Positions 1 through 12,555 of a stretch of DNA of 64,000 nucleotides are shown here, in pieces. The stretch is from NCBI RefSeq assembly GCF_963506605.1, contig NC_083277.1, positions 75,888,001-75,952,000 of the forward strand, read 5' to 3'. Source of the stretch: Zootoca vivipara (taxonomy: Eukaryota). A program made the position numbers and the translations under genes. Every line of letters starts with the position of its first letter. Positions within the stretch are counted from its first letter, which is position 1. Below the pieces are notes generated by a model. It was not told where the DNA came from. It searched no databases and saw only the letters and a list, made by a program, of their open reading frames with translations.

Positions 1-514
1 TGAGCACAGGGCGTGCATAGTGCAAATTATAGTCATTTATACATGAGAGCAATTTATCTTTGTGATCAGCTGTGCTTAGATAGGAACAAAGGAAATATGG
101 AAATAAGCCCAGACATAATTGAAAATCCAATGTCAAGATATAGGCAGAGGAGGGAGAGAACTTGTGGGCTGCTCAAGCATTGCTTTCTGATTATTGTTGT
201 AGCTGCTCCCTTGTCAAACAGACCAGCCGCCGCTTGAGCTTCCAGTAGCCTAACTTTTTAGCAGTGGAAATCACTAAATTGAAACCAGTCAGCAAAGCTC
301 CAGTCAGGGCCCCCTTTCCATTTCCACACTCAGGCCATTAGTGACTGATTCATTCTCCCTCAGGATGCTGCACAATCTAGTAGGGGGAAAATGGATTTGA
401 TCTCTAGAGGTTGTGTAACTTGGAAATAACAGTTTCCAGAGGGAACATGTGGCTTGATGGCAGGGTGCCAGGTGCGTTTTGCACCTAAAGATTCTCAATT
501 TGCAAGCATTTCAT

Positions 515-650
515 TTTTAAAAATATAATTTTTATTAAATTTTCTGTTTTACAATTTAGAACATTCAGCTTTTGAACCTTCTTCTCTTTCCATGGTTCAA
601 TTTGCATAACATAAATCCCTGCATATGGTACCAATATTTTTATTATAAAC
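515..650 (-). mobile_element. Degenerate LINE (L1-like) 3' UTR fragment
   Basis: T-rich tail with TTTATT (AATAAA on minus) followed by sequence resembling lizard L1 3' ends; a similar fragment lies near 57870-58050. Confidence 0.35.
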
Positions 651-809
651 ACCAAATTAAACATGTATCAACAGTTTCTGATAAAAATGTGATATTGACA
701 ATGTCTTTTATGTGAATTGTGTATTAGTTCATGGACTTGACTGTTGCCCATCTGCAGTAGGTGATGGGGCAGAATTTCTTGTTCATCTCCTGATAACACA
801 GATAAAACA

Positions 810-952
810 GGATAGCTCAGCTGGATAGAGCATGGTGCTGATAGCACCAAGGCTGTAGGCTCGATCCCCATATGGAACAGCTGCATATTCGTACATTGTA
901 GAGGGGCCGGACTAGATGATCCTCAGGATCCATTCCAGCTCTACAGTTCTAT
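810..952 (+). mobile_element. tRNA-derived SINE with CR1-like 3' tail
   Basis: A-box head GGATAGCTCAGCTGGATAGAGC, anticodon-like arm GTGCTGATAGCAC, B-box-like GGCTCGATCCC; tail GGACTAGATGATCCTCAGG...CTCTACAGTTCTAT resembles CR1 3' ends. Confidence 0.75.
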
Positions 953-3049
953 AATTGGCTTACTGAACAGCTGCAATAGGCCATTTTTGGCAACCAAAAA
1001 TGTCTATTGAATGGGCTTCTTGCATGTTGTGTTCAGTGATGAGTGCCAGGCATAAAACTCCAAGGAAATATGCTGAATGACAATGTGCCAGGAATATCTA
1101 GATTGCTGCAGCTGACTTCCCAGGTGTGTTTTGCTCTTCACTTTAATAGATCTGGGACTTATCCTATGAACTGTTGCATGTGCACTGTTGACCTGGAGCA
1201 AAAATGGCATGGTTGCCAACCACGCCTTTGGGCTAGCGCTGGGACTCAACCCTTTCTGGATGATACTGCAATATTCGTATGTGGTCTTGTATCATCAGAA
1301 GCACCATGATTGAGGAACCGTACAGATTGCATCCCTCTTAAGGCTCAGCTAGCTAGCCTGCCTGCCCACCACCACTGAGCTCCTGCTTTAGAGGAGAAAG
1401 TGGGCAAGAAGTTGGTCCATAATGGGATATGCAGGGTAGGTCCTCAACCAGGGTCACTGTTTCTAGGGAACTAGATTTCCATCCAGGGAAAATTCCTATA
1501 ACCTTGTTCAACAGAGCTGCACACAAGTTTCCAGTGTTACTGCTTGTGGAGAGGTTAGAAGCTAATCTCCCTAGCAAAGGACGGGCTGTATTGACAGGAA
1601 GTGCCGTCACAACCCGTGGCCTTGGTGCTGCACCTGAATATCCAGCAGTGGGTGGAAATGGGAGGGCTGGACTTGGCTTAAGATAGAGAGACTGTGTGTG
1701 TGCTCTTGTCCTGTTCTCACTCAGCTGAGCCTGGAATTATCAAACGGAGTACAACTGAGGGACTGGAGCACTCCTTCTTTCTGCATACTCCACCACCATA
1801 TGGTGAGACAGGGGGAAGTCTCTAGTTACTACACAGCTGTTGCAGCCAGCCAGGCTTCTGTGTGGAGAGCCTCTATTAACAGATCACATTACAATGAGCC
1901 AGCAGAGCCAGGGGGTAACCATAAGGCAGCTCACACCCTCTTTCCAAGTTGCTATGACAAAAGGACTATGTGGAACGTGTGGTCTCTGTGTGGGATGCCT
2001 TGTGTTGCTCAGTCATATACTGTATAGCAGAAAAGAGAGATAAGGAGGTTTCGGACTCCTGGTAGTAATCTGTGCAATGGAAAAGGCAAGGATCAAAATA
2101 CATTTCCAAAATTACTCCTTCTGGGATTTGGGGGAAATGGAGATTTTGGAGGCAGAGAATGAACTGAAGTCACTTCTGACTTCAGAAAGTTTGTGAGTGT
2201 GTTTTAATGGGGGCAAGTGGAAAGAGTAACCCTCAGGCAGATGCTCCCTAAAGCTATGGAATAAAGGATGTGTTTTGAACAGGGGTTCTTGAATTTTGGC
2301 TGGCCTGGGTATCCAGCCACTATTTGAGGTTGGAGACTGCCTTGTCCTGAGTCTTCTGTCACACGCAGAAGGGACTTAGGAAGCTACCTTATATTGAGCC
2401 AGACCATGAGCTAAAAGAGGCATTGATGCCTTTCACCGACAGAAATCTTAATACCCACCCCACAACTCTTGACATTGCCCAGATACCTTCAAACCCATTT
2501 TCACAGCATGAGAACTAGAAACCAACTTTTTTAAAAAGAAGAAAAGAAAGATGGGATACTATTACAGTACTACATCCCGTGAGTCTCCTATGCGGTTATG
2601 CTCAGATTCCGGGTATTTGTGTATACATTGCTTCCTACCCCAACAAAAGCATTTAGTTTCTGCTGAGCACTTCATTTCAGTTTTTCCACTATCTCACTAT
2701 CTTCTGTATGGTCTTCTTATCAGCCTGTGTTGCCACAAAAGAGTTCTGTTTTCTTTAACCTTTTGAAACCTAAGCAATCTCCCCACATTCCTTGGGCTTC
2801 ATTTACTTGGGGTGGGGATGGGGCTATAATCTAAATGTAAACATGATTCAACTCTGCATGCTTTTTGATCATAGACTCTTCCTACAGCGGTTTGAACCAT
2901 GCGGTTAAAGTGGTCAGTTTCCAAAGTTAGGCATGTACTTGACTCTTGTCCAGCTGAAATCATTTGAACTTTCAGTGGAATCCTATGCGTGCCCAATCAG
3001 AAGTGGGCCCGAATAAATTCAGCGGGAGTTTCTCCCAAATAAGTGAGTA

Positions 3050-3239
3050 CAGTGGTACCTTGGTCCTTGAAAACCAAGATGCAGCTTCCAATTGGCTGCA
3101 GGAGCTTCCTGCACTCAAGCGGAAGCTGCGTTGAGCTTCTGAAAAACGTTTGCAAACTGGAAAACTTAGTTCCAGGTTTGCGGTGTTTGGGAGTCGATTT
3201 GTTTGAGAAGTAAGCCATTTGAGATACAAGGTACCACTG
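3050..3239. mobile_element. Tc1/mariner (Tigger-like) MITE
   Basis: TA|CAGTGGTACCTTG ... CAAGGTACCACTG|TA terminal inverted repeats with TA TSD. Confidence 0.85.
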
Positions 3240-4479
3240 TATGTATATGTTTGCAGCCCATACTATAGCAGTACTGGAGAGTCAAAGGATAAGACTGCTA
3301 GAATGCAGCAAGTCTGTATAATTAGCCAAAGACCGCACAAGTCAAACCTCTAATCCAGGTTTCTGGTGGTACTGGATAACATTTAAGATACCAATTTGGC
3401 AACAGCATTTGGGGGGTGGGGTGGGGAGGGGAGGGAGCAGGCTGAACTAAAGTAATCCTGATGAGTTGGGTGGAGCTCTTGTTTTAGATGCTCTGAGGAA
3501 GCATCAGCCGGAGCAGGATTTCCTGGTATTGCATCCAGGTTCTTGCAGTTCCTGTAGCGGAAAGATGTTTCACTCATGTCTTGGGAGCTGTTGGGGGGCT
3601 TTCTAGCTCTTGCTAACTCTGGGAAGCCGTGGCTCTTTTGCTCTTGCTGTGCCCTTCTCTTTGAAGAGGGCAGCAATGCTTCAAAGCTGGAGGGCTACTG
3701 AAAGGGCCAGGCAATACATGGCACCAACTACATCATGTGCTCTTTGTGTGCAGGATTTTTTTCTGGCAGAAATACCTAGCATTTGGGATCCAGAGAGTAG
3801 GACTTTAGCTGTTGTTCCCTCCCCCCACCCTTGTTGAGGTCCCAATCTGGATTCCCTCCCCACCCAGTGTCTACAATTTCCATGGATTAAAACAACTCCT
3901 ATGGGAGATTCTCTCTTCTTGCCCCTTGCATTGCAAATTGCAGATGCAGGGGGCTCAGCTGGGACCACAAGAGGAAGCAAAGGGTTCAAGTCCCTGCCAC
4001 TTCCTTTCTTCCCATGTCGGGGTCCCACTCTTCACCAGGACATTTCATCGCCTTCTGGTGAGGGTGCTGCAAAAAGTCCCAGTCCCTCCTCTCTAGCTTG
4101 GTGCTCTGGAGGGAGCAGGGATCATCCCGTGCTGAGCTTCAGCGATGTGCAAAATGCCTTGCCCTTTTTCCAGCTGTGAGGTAGAGCAGAAGGTTAGGGC
4201 TGGCCATTTTGGTGCTGGGACACGGATGTGCTTGGAGCATCTTAGATGATTGACATTAAAACAAGTCCCTGATCCCCTTCCCCAGCTTCCGAATTATGGT
4301 ACTATGGAGAGGAGCAGAGGATTGTGGTGGAAGTCCTGCAGAGACAATTAGCTAGAAGGACCGTTGCAGAGAATGGCTCTTATTTCAGAATAAACATGCA
4401 TATCAGTTGCACAGAAGGAGAGAGGCCAGGTTCCCATGATCAAGACCTGCCAAAAATCTGTGGCTACTGGCCACAATAA

Positions 4480-4678
4480 CAGCTATGTTCTATCAACCTC
4501 CATTGTCAGAGGCATCATGCTGCCAAATACCAGTTGCTGGAAAACGCAGGAGAGGGTTCTTGTGCTCAGGTCCTGCTTTTCAGGCTTCCGGTGGGCATCT
4601 GGTTGGTCATTATGAGCACAGGATGCTGGGTTAGATGGGCCACTGGCCTGATCCTGCAGGTTCCTCTTATGTTCTATG
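4480..4678 (+). mobile_element. CR1-type LINE 3' end fragment
   Basis: GGCATCTGGTTGGTC...GGATGCTGGGTTAGATGGGCCACTGGCCTGATCC...CTTATGTTCTAT, typical CR1 3' terminal stem-loop and repeat. Confidence 0.6.
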
Positions 4679-7600
4679 GTCCCCTGTTCCTTGGTATCTC
4701 ACCTAGGATTCTGCATCATCTGCAGACCTGGATCATGGCTCCCAGGCCCAGAGTCCTTGGCTCTACCTCAGCTGGTGGAAAAAATAATAGAAGAACATAT
4801 AAAATGATGTACTCACCAGCCAAACAACCCCATTTTGGGAGGCATAAAATATTACCCATACTGAAGGCTGCCTCAGTTTCTCTTTTTCGCTTGGAGGGGG
4901 AATCATGATCCTTCCCAGAAAGGGTCTCAAAACTGTCTCCTCCTTCTGTCTTTTTTTTGGGGGTGGGATTGCATCTTCATTTGACCATTCCTGTTTAGCT
5001 TGTCTGTCGATATAAATGCCTCTCCTGTCTGATGGCCACAGTTTCCCGGAGGCTCTCCAAAGGCCCTTTCCCCCCTTGTCTGTGGGTTTTATTCATAAGC
5101 TATTTACACTGTCCCATTTCCCAAAACCAATCTCAGTTTGGGAAAGAGAGAGTGCCCAAGAGCAGGAAATGCCATTCCCTTGGGCTTGTGAGGGGAACTT
5201 CAGCTGGGGGAGCTGGAAAACAACACCACAGAGGGGGAGATTGCATTCTCCCCTTCCATCAGGGGTCTGCCCTTCCGCCTTGGCCCACTGAGCAGCTCTG
5301 AGCTTTGCTCTCCAACCTCCCCTGGGCACTCCTGTCTTTGTGTCTCAGTCTCCTGTATCTCTGGGCAGGGCAGGGTGCCAAAGCCCTGCAAAACCTGCTG
5401 CTTTTCTCTACTCCACAGTGATTGTTTTGAAGAGGCCCGCACCAGAGCTTGGCTTTGAAAAGCAAGTTTATTCTAGATTGTGAGTAATATTAACATTCTC
5501 TCCTTTGGTCTTAAAAGTTTGTTTTCATACATTACTCAGCAGGTCTGGCAGTTTCTTTAAAAGGACATGCCGGCCCTCTCTTCTGCAAGCCCCTTGATGC
5601 TCCCTTTGTTATGCAGAAAGTCATGGCATGCGCCAGAAAAGAGCCGTAATATACTCCTAGATTCCTATCTAAATCACCCAGGTTCTGGGTTCTGCTAACA
5701 TCGAGCATACGCTGCTGGTGTGGCTTGATAACATTTGATCTCAAAGCAGCTGTAGACCCTCCCTCCTTCCCCACCCCCACATATACCTTCAATACAGGGC
5801 CATCCCACCTCTGTGACCAAGTGGGCTGCAAGATTACTTTGACCCAGAACCCAGAGGCCACACACCGAATTAAATTTCCATATCACCTGTGTGTACATAT
5901 GTACATAGTGTGTGTATTACTAAAGCAGCCTGCATTCTGTCTGTATAGAATCTAGATAGCGATCCTTGCTGTCCCCTGGAAAACTCCCTCCTACCCCGCC
6001 CCCTCAGAGCACAGACTGTTGAAGGGTGTAATTTAGGAAGCCCCAGGTATCTATGCGCCATCTCTCATTTCCAAATTTATCTTCCTGGTGGTCACAGCTA
6101 ATAATTCATAAGCCCACCCAACATTCCATTCCTCTCTTCTGTGCCTTGGCTGGCTGTGTGTTGAAGGCAGGGCAGGATATGGCTCCTTCTGAGTTAACTG
6201 TGTAAAAATACTGGCTAACCCAGAACAAAGGGAGTCAGGAAAATACAATTGGTTACCCACCTCTCCCAAGTGCTACAGTGAGTTGAAATGGGCTGTGCGG
6301 CAGACTCTAGCAAAAGAAGGCTAGCAAAGTATTCGGCAATTCTTCTGTGGCAAAGGGTAGTGAACTCAACCCTAAATTCTGTGTTTTTAGGAATGCATAG
6401 CCATTACTTCATATTATCAATGATGATATTTGGAACACAGAAGCAATGCTAGTCCTTGCCTGGAGAGTTTACATGGACGTGAATTCGATGAAGCATATTG
6501 AGCCTTCCCTACTGAATGCTCAACCTGTAATAATCGTGGTGGGAGATGATGGTTTAGAGAGGACATTACAGGCTTTGAGGAAAGGATAGAAGGTGGAATA
6601 AGGGAATAGGGGTGGTGGTGGGCTGTTCAGGTGTAACATGACAGGCAAATGCAGTGAAAACAAAGGGAAACAGATGAGCTTCTGGACCCTTTTATGATGC
6701 TGAGACCTCAACCAGGAGATGATTGGCCTGATTAAATTGCTTAATCTCTCAACCTTTCACACAGCCCATTATTAGTAAAGATACACAACAGGCATCTTAC
6801 ATAGTGCGGCATGTTTTAATCCCCCCCCAATACCTAGTTCAAAAGCCCTGGGGCTGTTAGTATGCTAAACAGCTGGAAAGCTTTCAGTTCTATTTGCTCC
6901 TTCTTTCTGGTTAGCCGACCACAAAAATGTTTTCAGAGATTCTTTTAAGGAACCCAATAATATTTTCTTTCCCTGTTGCTTCCTCATTATTGCAGTTCAA
7001 GGCTTCTTTCAGCACTGAAGCAACAATTAAAACCATTAAAACAGTCAATGATAAGTGGTTGCCACTGATATCCAGCTGTGTGGCTCGGTGGTGTGAATCT
7101 AACTTATTTTGTATACATCTCACTGCTGGGGGTAGGGCTGTGTCCTCCTGGGTAAATGTTTTGTTTAAATAACCAGATGGATCCCTTGTGTCGGATTTTC
7201 TGAACACTCTTTTATGTGGCATCCATTGCACATTAGGATAATTATATGTAGAAGGTTACAGACTGATCCCCAGTTGCCCATTTCCAGGCAGGCCCATCTT
7301 AGCCATAGAGGCTAGTGGCGCGGGGCGCCAAGTTCTGGAGGGCACCAGGTGACAATCCAGGGAACACCAAACGAGCGCGCTGAGTGAGCGAGGGTGCATG
7401 TGTCGCTCCCGCCGAGCGCCGGCTCGGTTTTTTCCTTTTAGCCTGCAGGCACCGAATTCTGTGGGGCGCCAGAAGGCTAAAAGGGGAAAAACCAAGCCGA
7501 TGCTCAGTGGGAGAGGCACACGCACCCTCACCCGCAGCACGAAGCGCCCAGTTGAGTCGGGAGGCGCAGCGCCCAGCCTCCGCCTCTTCCCCACCTCCAG

Positions 7601-7748
7601 TCGCTGCCCACCTCCTCCAGCCCTAAAAAAAGGTCGGCAACTCTGGGAAAAGGGGGGCGCCGGAGGGATCTTTGCACCACAGTGCCAGATATGCTTAATA
7701 AAAAAATTCCTTCAGTAGCACCTTAAAGGCCAACTAAGTTTATATTTT

Positions 7749-7787
7749 GGTATGAGCTTTCGTGTGCATGCACACTTCTTCAGATAC
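7749..7787 (-). ncRNA. Minimal hammerhead ribozyme motif, inverted copy
   Basis: Reverse complement of the same motif; stem I shortened to 4 bp at the inversion junction. Confidence 0.65.
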
Positions 7788-7803
7788 GAAGAAGTATTCT
7801 TCA

Positions 7804-7843
7804 GGTATCTGAAGAAGTGTGCATGCACACGAAAGCTCATACC
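7804..7843 (+). ncRNA. Minimal type I hammerhead ribozyme motif, copy 1
   Basis: Stem I GGTAT/ATACC, core CTGAAGA(A), stem II GTGTGC/GCACAC, GAAA, palindromic stem III AGCT, predicted cleavage after TC at 7838. Confidence 0.75.
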
Positions 7844-7987
7844 AAAATATAAACTTAGTTGGTCTTTAAGGTGCTACTGAAGGAATTTTTTTATTTTGCT
7901 TCGACTCAGACCAACACAGCTACCTACCTGTAACTAGAACTATGGAAGGCACCACATTGAGCCGCATGAAATGGAAGTCCATCAACA

Positions 7988-8027
7988 GGTATCTGAAGAA
8001 GTGTGCATGCACACGAAAGCTCATACC
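7988..8027 (+). ncRNA. Minimal type I hammerhead ribozyme motif, copy 2
   Basis: Identical 40-nt motif to 7804-7843. Confidence 0.75.
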
Positions 8028-8519
8028 AAAATATAAACTTAGTTGGTCTTTAAGGTGCTACTGAAGGAATTTTTTTATTTTGCTTAGACTCAGACCAACA
8101 CGGCTACCTACCTGTAACTAGATATGCTTAAGACGGCCCTGTTTCCAGGTGTGTTGATTGTTGCTGAATTCATACAGTGTTGTTGTTTTTTAAACTGCTT
8201 TTCAAAGCACATTAGAACTTGTCTAATTAAAAACATGATTTACTAAGAATATACAGTTGCCATTTGTTTACTTTCAGCTCCGGTCCTTGCCTTTGTTTGC
8301 ATCTTCGCATTATCAAAGCTTAGATTATAAGCTTTTCTCTCATTCATTCATTCATTCATTCTTGTGTCACTCAGTAAAGCACCACTGATGACATCAATAT
8401 GTAGTGCAGGGGTGGTGAACCTGTGACCCTTCAGATATTGTTGAGACATCATATTATGAATATGGTAAACATATTTATATCATGACTTACAGTATGGATC
8501 AATCTTTCTGCATAATGAT

Positions 8520-9265
8520 GATCTTCTTCTTCTTCGATCACTCATAGCCAAGTAAGATTGGCTTCCATGAACACAGTGGAGATATAGGTTTCCGGGTGGG
8601 AGTTGATCACAGTGAGGGTTTGCCAAATGTGTCTTCCTCTGAGCTCTTCAAAGTCCATGACACCTTTGGTAAAGGGTGTTCTCCTATTGGAGCACTCTCA
8701 GGCCAGTGTTTCCCAATTGTCAGTGTTTATATTACATTATTTTTAGGTTTGCCTTGAGATTTGCCTTTAAACCGCTTTTGTTGACCACCAGCATTATGCT
8801 TTCCATTTTTAAGTTCGGAATAGAGTAGTTGCTTTGGAAGATGATAATCAAGCATCCCAACAACATGGTCGGCCAGTCCAACGAAACTGATGCTGAAGAA
8901 TCCTTGCTTTGATTGACACTGGTGATCTTTGCTTCTTCCAGTACACTGACATTAGTTCGCTTGTCTTCCCAAGTGATATGTAATAATTTTCGGGGACATT
9001 GTTGATGAAATCTTTCGAGGAGTTGGAAATGGCGTTTATAAGTGGTCCATGTTTCACATGCATACAGTAAGATTGGTAATACAATGGCTTTGTAAACAAG
9101 CATTTTGGTTTCCCTGCAAATGTCCTGGTCCTCAAACATTCTGCATTTTTATCAGGAGAAAGCTGCATTTGCAGAGCTCAGGTGATGCTGGATTTTGGCA
9201 TCAATGTCAGCCCTTATGGAAAGATAACTGCCCAGATAGGAAAAGTGAACATTTCCCAATGTTAT
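8520..9265 (-). mobile_element. RTE-clade LINE 3' fragment (degenerate)
   Basis: Minus-strand peptides TKMLVYKAIVLPILLYACETWT...ERFHQ...ITWEDKRTNVSVLEEA and QFRWTG, with frameshifts; (GAA)n-type tail near 8522. Confidence 0.85.
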
Positions 9266-11049
9266 ACCAAGAACTTCCAAGAAGTCCTCAATGGCAGAAC
9301 AGGCGGAAGATAATAAGCGGTATGTTACAATGGCTGTGAAGGTGGATGAAGGCTGCAGCAGATAAGAAACTACCAGTCGTTGTGATAATCATGCCATCAG
9401 AATAGAGCCTTACTGCTAGGACTGTGCGTTGGTCAGCGTGCACTGATATCCACACATAAAACAAATTCACACACGGGCATCTTCCAAAAACCCATCCCAA
9501 ACCCACATAATGATATGGGGCATAGTTGATAATGGATAATCTTCAGTGGCGACTTTAGCAGCTCTTTTCTAACTTGGAAGGGGTAAAATCAATAAAAAAG
9601 GGAAAAATAATAAGCTACATCTGTTTTGATGTTTCAAAACATGTTTTTCACCCTTCAACAGAACTAACTTTTATTATCCCAGAATGCTGTAAGCATTGCA
9701 ACACAGTCTTCAAAAGAAGCTATTATCTTGATGTTGCAGTTTATACACAGGAACTGAAGCAGGGTTTACAAATTTTTGCTATAAATCTATGCTGTCTACT
9801 TGGGCTCTGCTACATGCTTTCATACTCACCAATTATCCCTAGCTTCACAGATGGCCCTTGTTTTAAGATGCCACAGTGTTCCTGTTCCATCTTTTGCTGA
9901 GATTTTTCTTGGTGGGGGGGGGGAGTATCTTGCTAGAGTGTATTCCCTATTCATGCATTTAGTATCTGTAGATACTGAATGCCCAGCCTAGACTCATTCA
10001 TTCGAGTGAAGCCAACACAAATGCGCAATAGTCTTCTTTCAGATGGATGCCAATGTGAGAGCAGGTGTATATGTGTAAGGCTCCCTCCATGGGAATGGGA
10101 ACTCCCCGCCATCAAGGAGAGTCCCAGCTGTGCACATAAGGTTCCCTTCCGACTGATGCAGATCACCTGCTACCAGGGGTGCGTGATCAGTATCTGGGGA
10201 TGGGGCTAGCCTGCACATTCTGGAGACCCCCTTTGCCCCTTCAGGACCCATGGGTACTGAATGCATGCCTGTGCACTCGGGTTCAGTGCCATGCTGTTGG
10301 GGCCTTTAGAATTATCTCTGAGTAGGGGAGATGCATCTCTGCTGCAGCACACATGTGTGTGAATGTACACAACAATGCACATGGACACAAAAATGCCGGC
10401 AACCTACTTCTCTTCCTTCCATCCACCCACCCACCCCCTGAACTTCCTATCCCTGCAGTAAATGTTGCAAAATACGTTTGAGTGGTGGCTATTATCTAAT
10501 AAATCCAGCCAGGTCCACTGTGCTATTAAACAGTTTTAATGTGTGTGTCAAAGAGATAAGGTTATGGTCAGTTTACTACTAACACACCCTTCTCCGGAAT
10601 CTGCTGCTGGACCGACTTCCTTATGAAATCAGCGAATGTTATCTTGTGAAGTAAGTAAATGTTATGTGCAGTGAGCAGAAATGACTAGTGGCTGGGCCGG
10701 TAATGGAGGTGCTGGGGAGTTAGGAGAACAATCCTTGGTGTGAGAATAGGGGTGTTACAAGCCTTCAGGTCCCCCCTTCCATTTGTCATCTGTGAATGCT
10801 TTGGGAATGGGGTGCAAAGAAGAGCAACTTACGGACCAAGATGAGTGTGTATGTGTAGGATATATATTTCCATGCATATTCCACCGTTCTCCATATGGCA
10901 CATGCCTTACAACAGTAGTAAAAAGTGCAATGCATATAATAATAATAAAAACCACAAACATGTGACCGCAGTTTTTGCCTTCCCCACCTTGCATCCATGT
11001 ACATGGTCTGCTTTTAAGACTTGTTCTCCTTCCCTATCTTTAAAGAAGC

Positions 11050-11186
11050 CAGGGATGGTGAACCCGTGGGTCTCCAAATGTTGTTGGGCTCTGACTCCCA
11101 TCAGCATGTCCAGCATGGCCAATCTTCAGGGATGATGAGATTTGGAGTCCACCAGCCTCTAGAGGGCCACAGGTTCCCCACCCCTG
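11050..11186. mobile_element. Short palindromic hAT-like MITE
   Basis: CAGGGATGGTGAACC ... GGTTCCCCACCCCTG ends with internal CTCCCATCA/GATG..TGGAG palindrome; same family as 42640 and 53263 copies. Confidence 0.65.
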
Positions 11187-11298
11187 GGGAATAAACATCA
11201 CCCTAGCCACAGGCAGCTGTTTATCCATGAGCAGCTTCTAAAGAGCTGGTCAACCAACCATGAGCACTTATCGCTCAGTTTCTGGCCATGGGCATGTG

Positions 11299-11492
11299 TG
11301 GAGCTGTAGCTCAGTGGCAAAGCATCTGCTTTTCAGGCAGAAGGCCCTTGGTTGAATCCCCAGCATCCCCAGGTAGGGCTGGGTAGGTTCCCTGCTTGAA
11401 ACTCTGGAGAGCTACTGACAGTCCATGTCGACAGTACTGAGCTAGTTGGACTAATGATCTGAACTCACTGAAGGGCAGATTCTTATATTTCC
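11299..11492 (+). mobile_element. tRNA-derived SINE (Squam3-like)
   Basis: GCTGTAGCTCAGTGG..AGCATCTGCTTT..CAGAAGG..GGTTGAATCCC head; body CTGGAGAGCTACTG..CAGTACTGAGCTAG; related copies elsewhere in the window. Confidence 0.75.
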
Positions 11493-12555
11493 ATGACATC
11501 CTATGGTAGCATTTAAAGGACCCATATTCTGTTTGGTAGAGCTGTACGCCCACCCTCCCGCGTTTAGGGCTGATCACACTTCTATTAGGTTTTAAATCTA
11601 CCGGCTTTGTTTTTGTGTTGAGCAGTTGGGCCCAACATGCTGCTAAGCATTTGGTTCCTTGATTGAGCTTTCCTGTGCAATGTTGTTGGCAATTAAATGC
11701 TACTTTTATCTAGCAATCGCAGTTCATGCATGCCCCGCAGCCAGACCTCAGTTCCTTTCCAAGCTTATTTATCTAAGCCTTGCAAAATCCGAACTGGTAG
11801 ACCAAATCGGAGCTCCTTGCACCTTCGCCAGTAAGAAATGTGTAGAATGGAATTTACCAACGGAACAGAATAACAAAGACTTAAAACGGGCTCATGTTTT
11901 ACCGCAGAACACTTGGAAATGTGATATCCAAGAATGCAAATAGAAGCACATCTAGTCTGGTTTTCTTGGCTTTGTTTTTATCATCCTCATGGATATGGGG
12001 ACGTCACAAAAATGAACTTCATTTTTTTTTCTTCTTCTAAATTTTGGCAGGGACGCCATTTAAATTTCCCTGGGAGACAAGTTTGTGTACATAGGACATC
12101 AGTGTCCTATATTCCAGTGGGTGTGCAGCAGAACATTGAATAATATCCAGCAAAGCTTACTTCCAGTGTTCACTGCTCTGATCAATACAATACCTTTAAA
12201 GCATCGGACACAAACCCAAAAGAATCCTGTGAACTTCAGTTTATCCCCTCACAGTTATAATCCCAAGCACCTTTAACAAACCACAGTTTCCATGATTCTT
12301 GGGTGGGGCATCATGTGCTTTAAACGTATGGTATGTGTGCTGTTTAACTCTTCCTTTCCAAAGCAGCTATTTATGCACTTTAAAAACAATCATAATCAGT
12401 CACACTTGCTGAAAGCTAGGGTTCTACAGACTGATCAGAGCAGCAAACACTAGAGGCAACCTTTACTGGATATTATCCAAAGTTCTGCAACACTCTGTAT
12501 ACTTTAAATATATGGTGTGCATGCAGCCTTACCGTCTGACCTCTTAGCCAGTGAG

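Larger units (their letters stand above)
7699..8119 (+). mobile_element. Penelope-like element remnant (inverted plus partial-tandem pLTRs)
   Basis: One inverted and two tandem (184-bp period) copies of GTATCTGAAGAAGTGTGCATGCACACGAAAGCTCATACC...TAAGGTGCTACTGAAGG; flanked by 12-bp duplication AGATATGCTTAA (7687-7698, 8120-8131). Confidence 0.85.
7289..8141. mobile_element. Non-autonomous hAT element (GC-rich) interrupted by a Penelope insertion
   Basis: 8-bp TSD TTTCCAGG (7281-7288, 8142-8149); imperfect TIRs CAGGCCCATCTTAGCCATA / ATATGCTTAAGACGGCCCTG. Confidence 0.85.

Noticed and set aside
810-885. tRNA-Ile(GAT)-like gene
   Set aside because: Degenerate T-arm and acceptor stem, continuing into a CR1-like tail: SINE head, not a tRNA gene. 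The same applies to tRNA-like heads at 11299, 12556, 18135, 32400 and 58800.
7300-7690. CpG island promoter / AFAP1L1 exon 1
   Set aside because: Lies inside a hAT element bounded by TIRs and an 8-bp TSD; no suitable ATG plus phase-1 donor seen.
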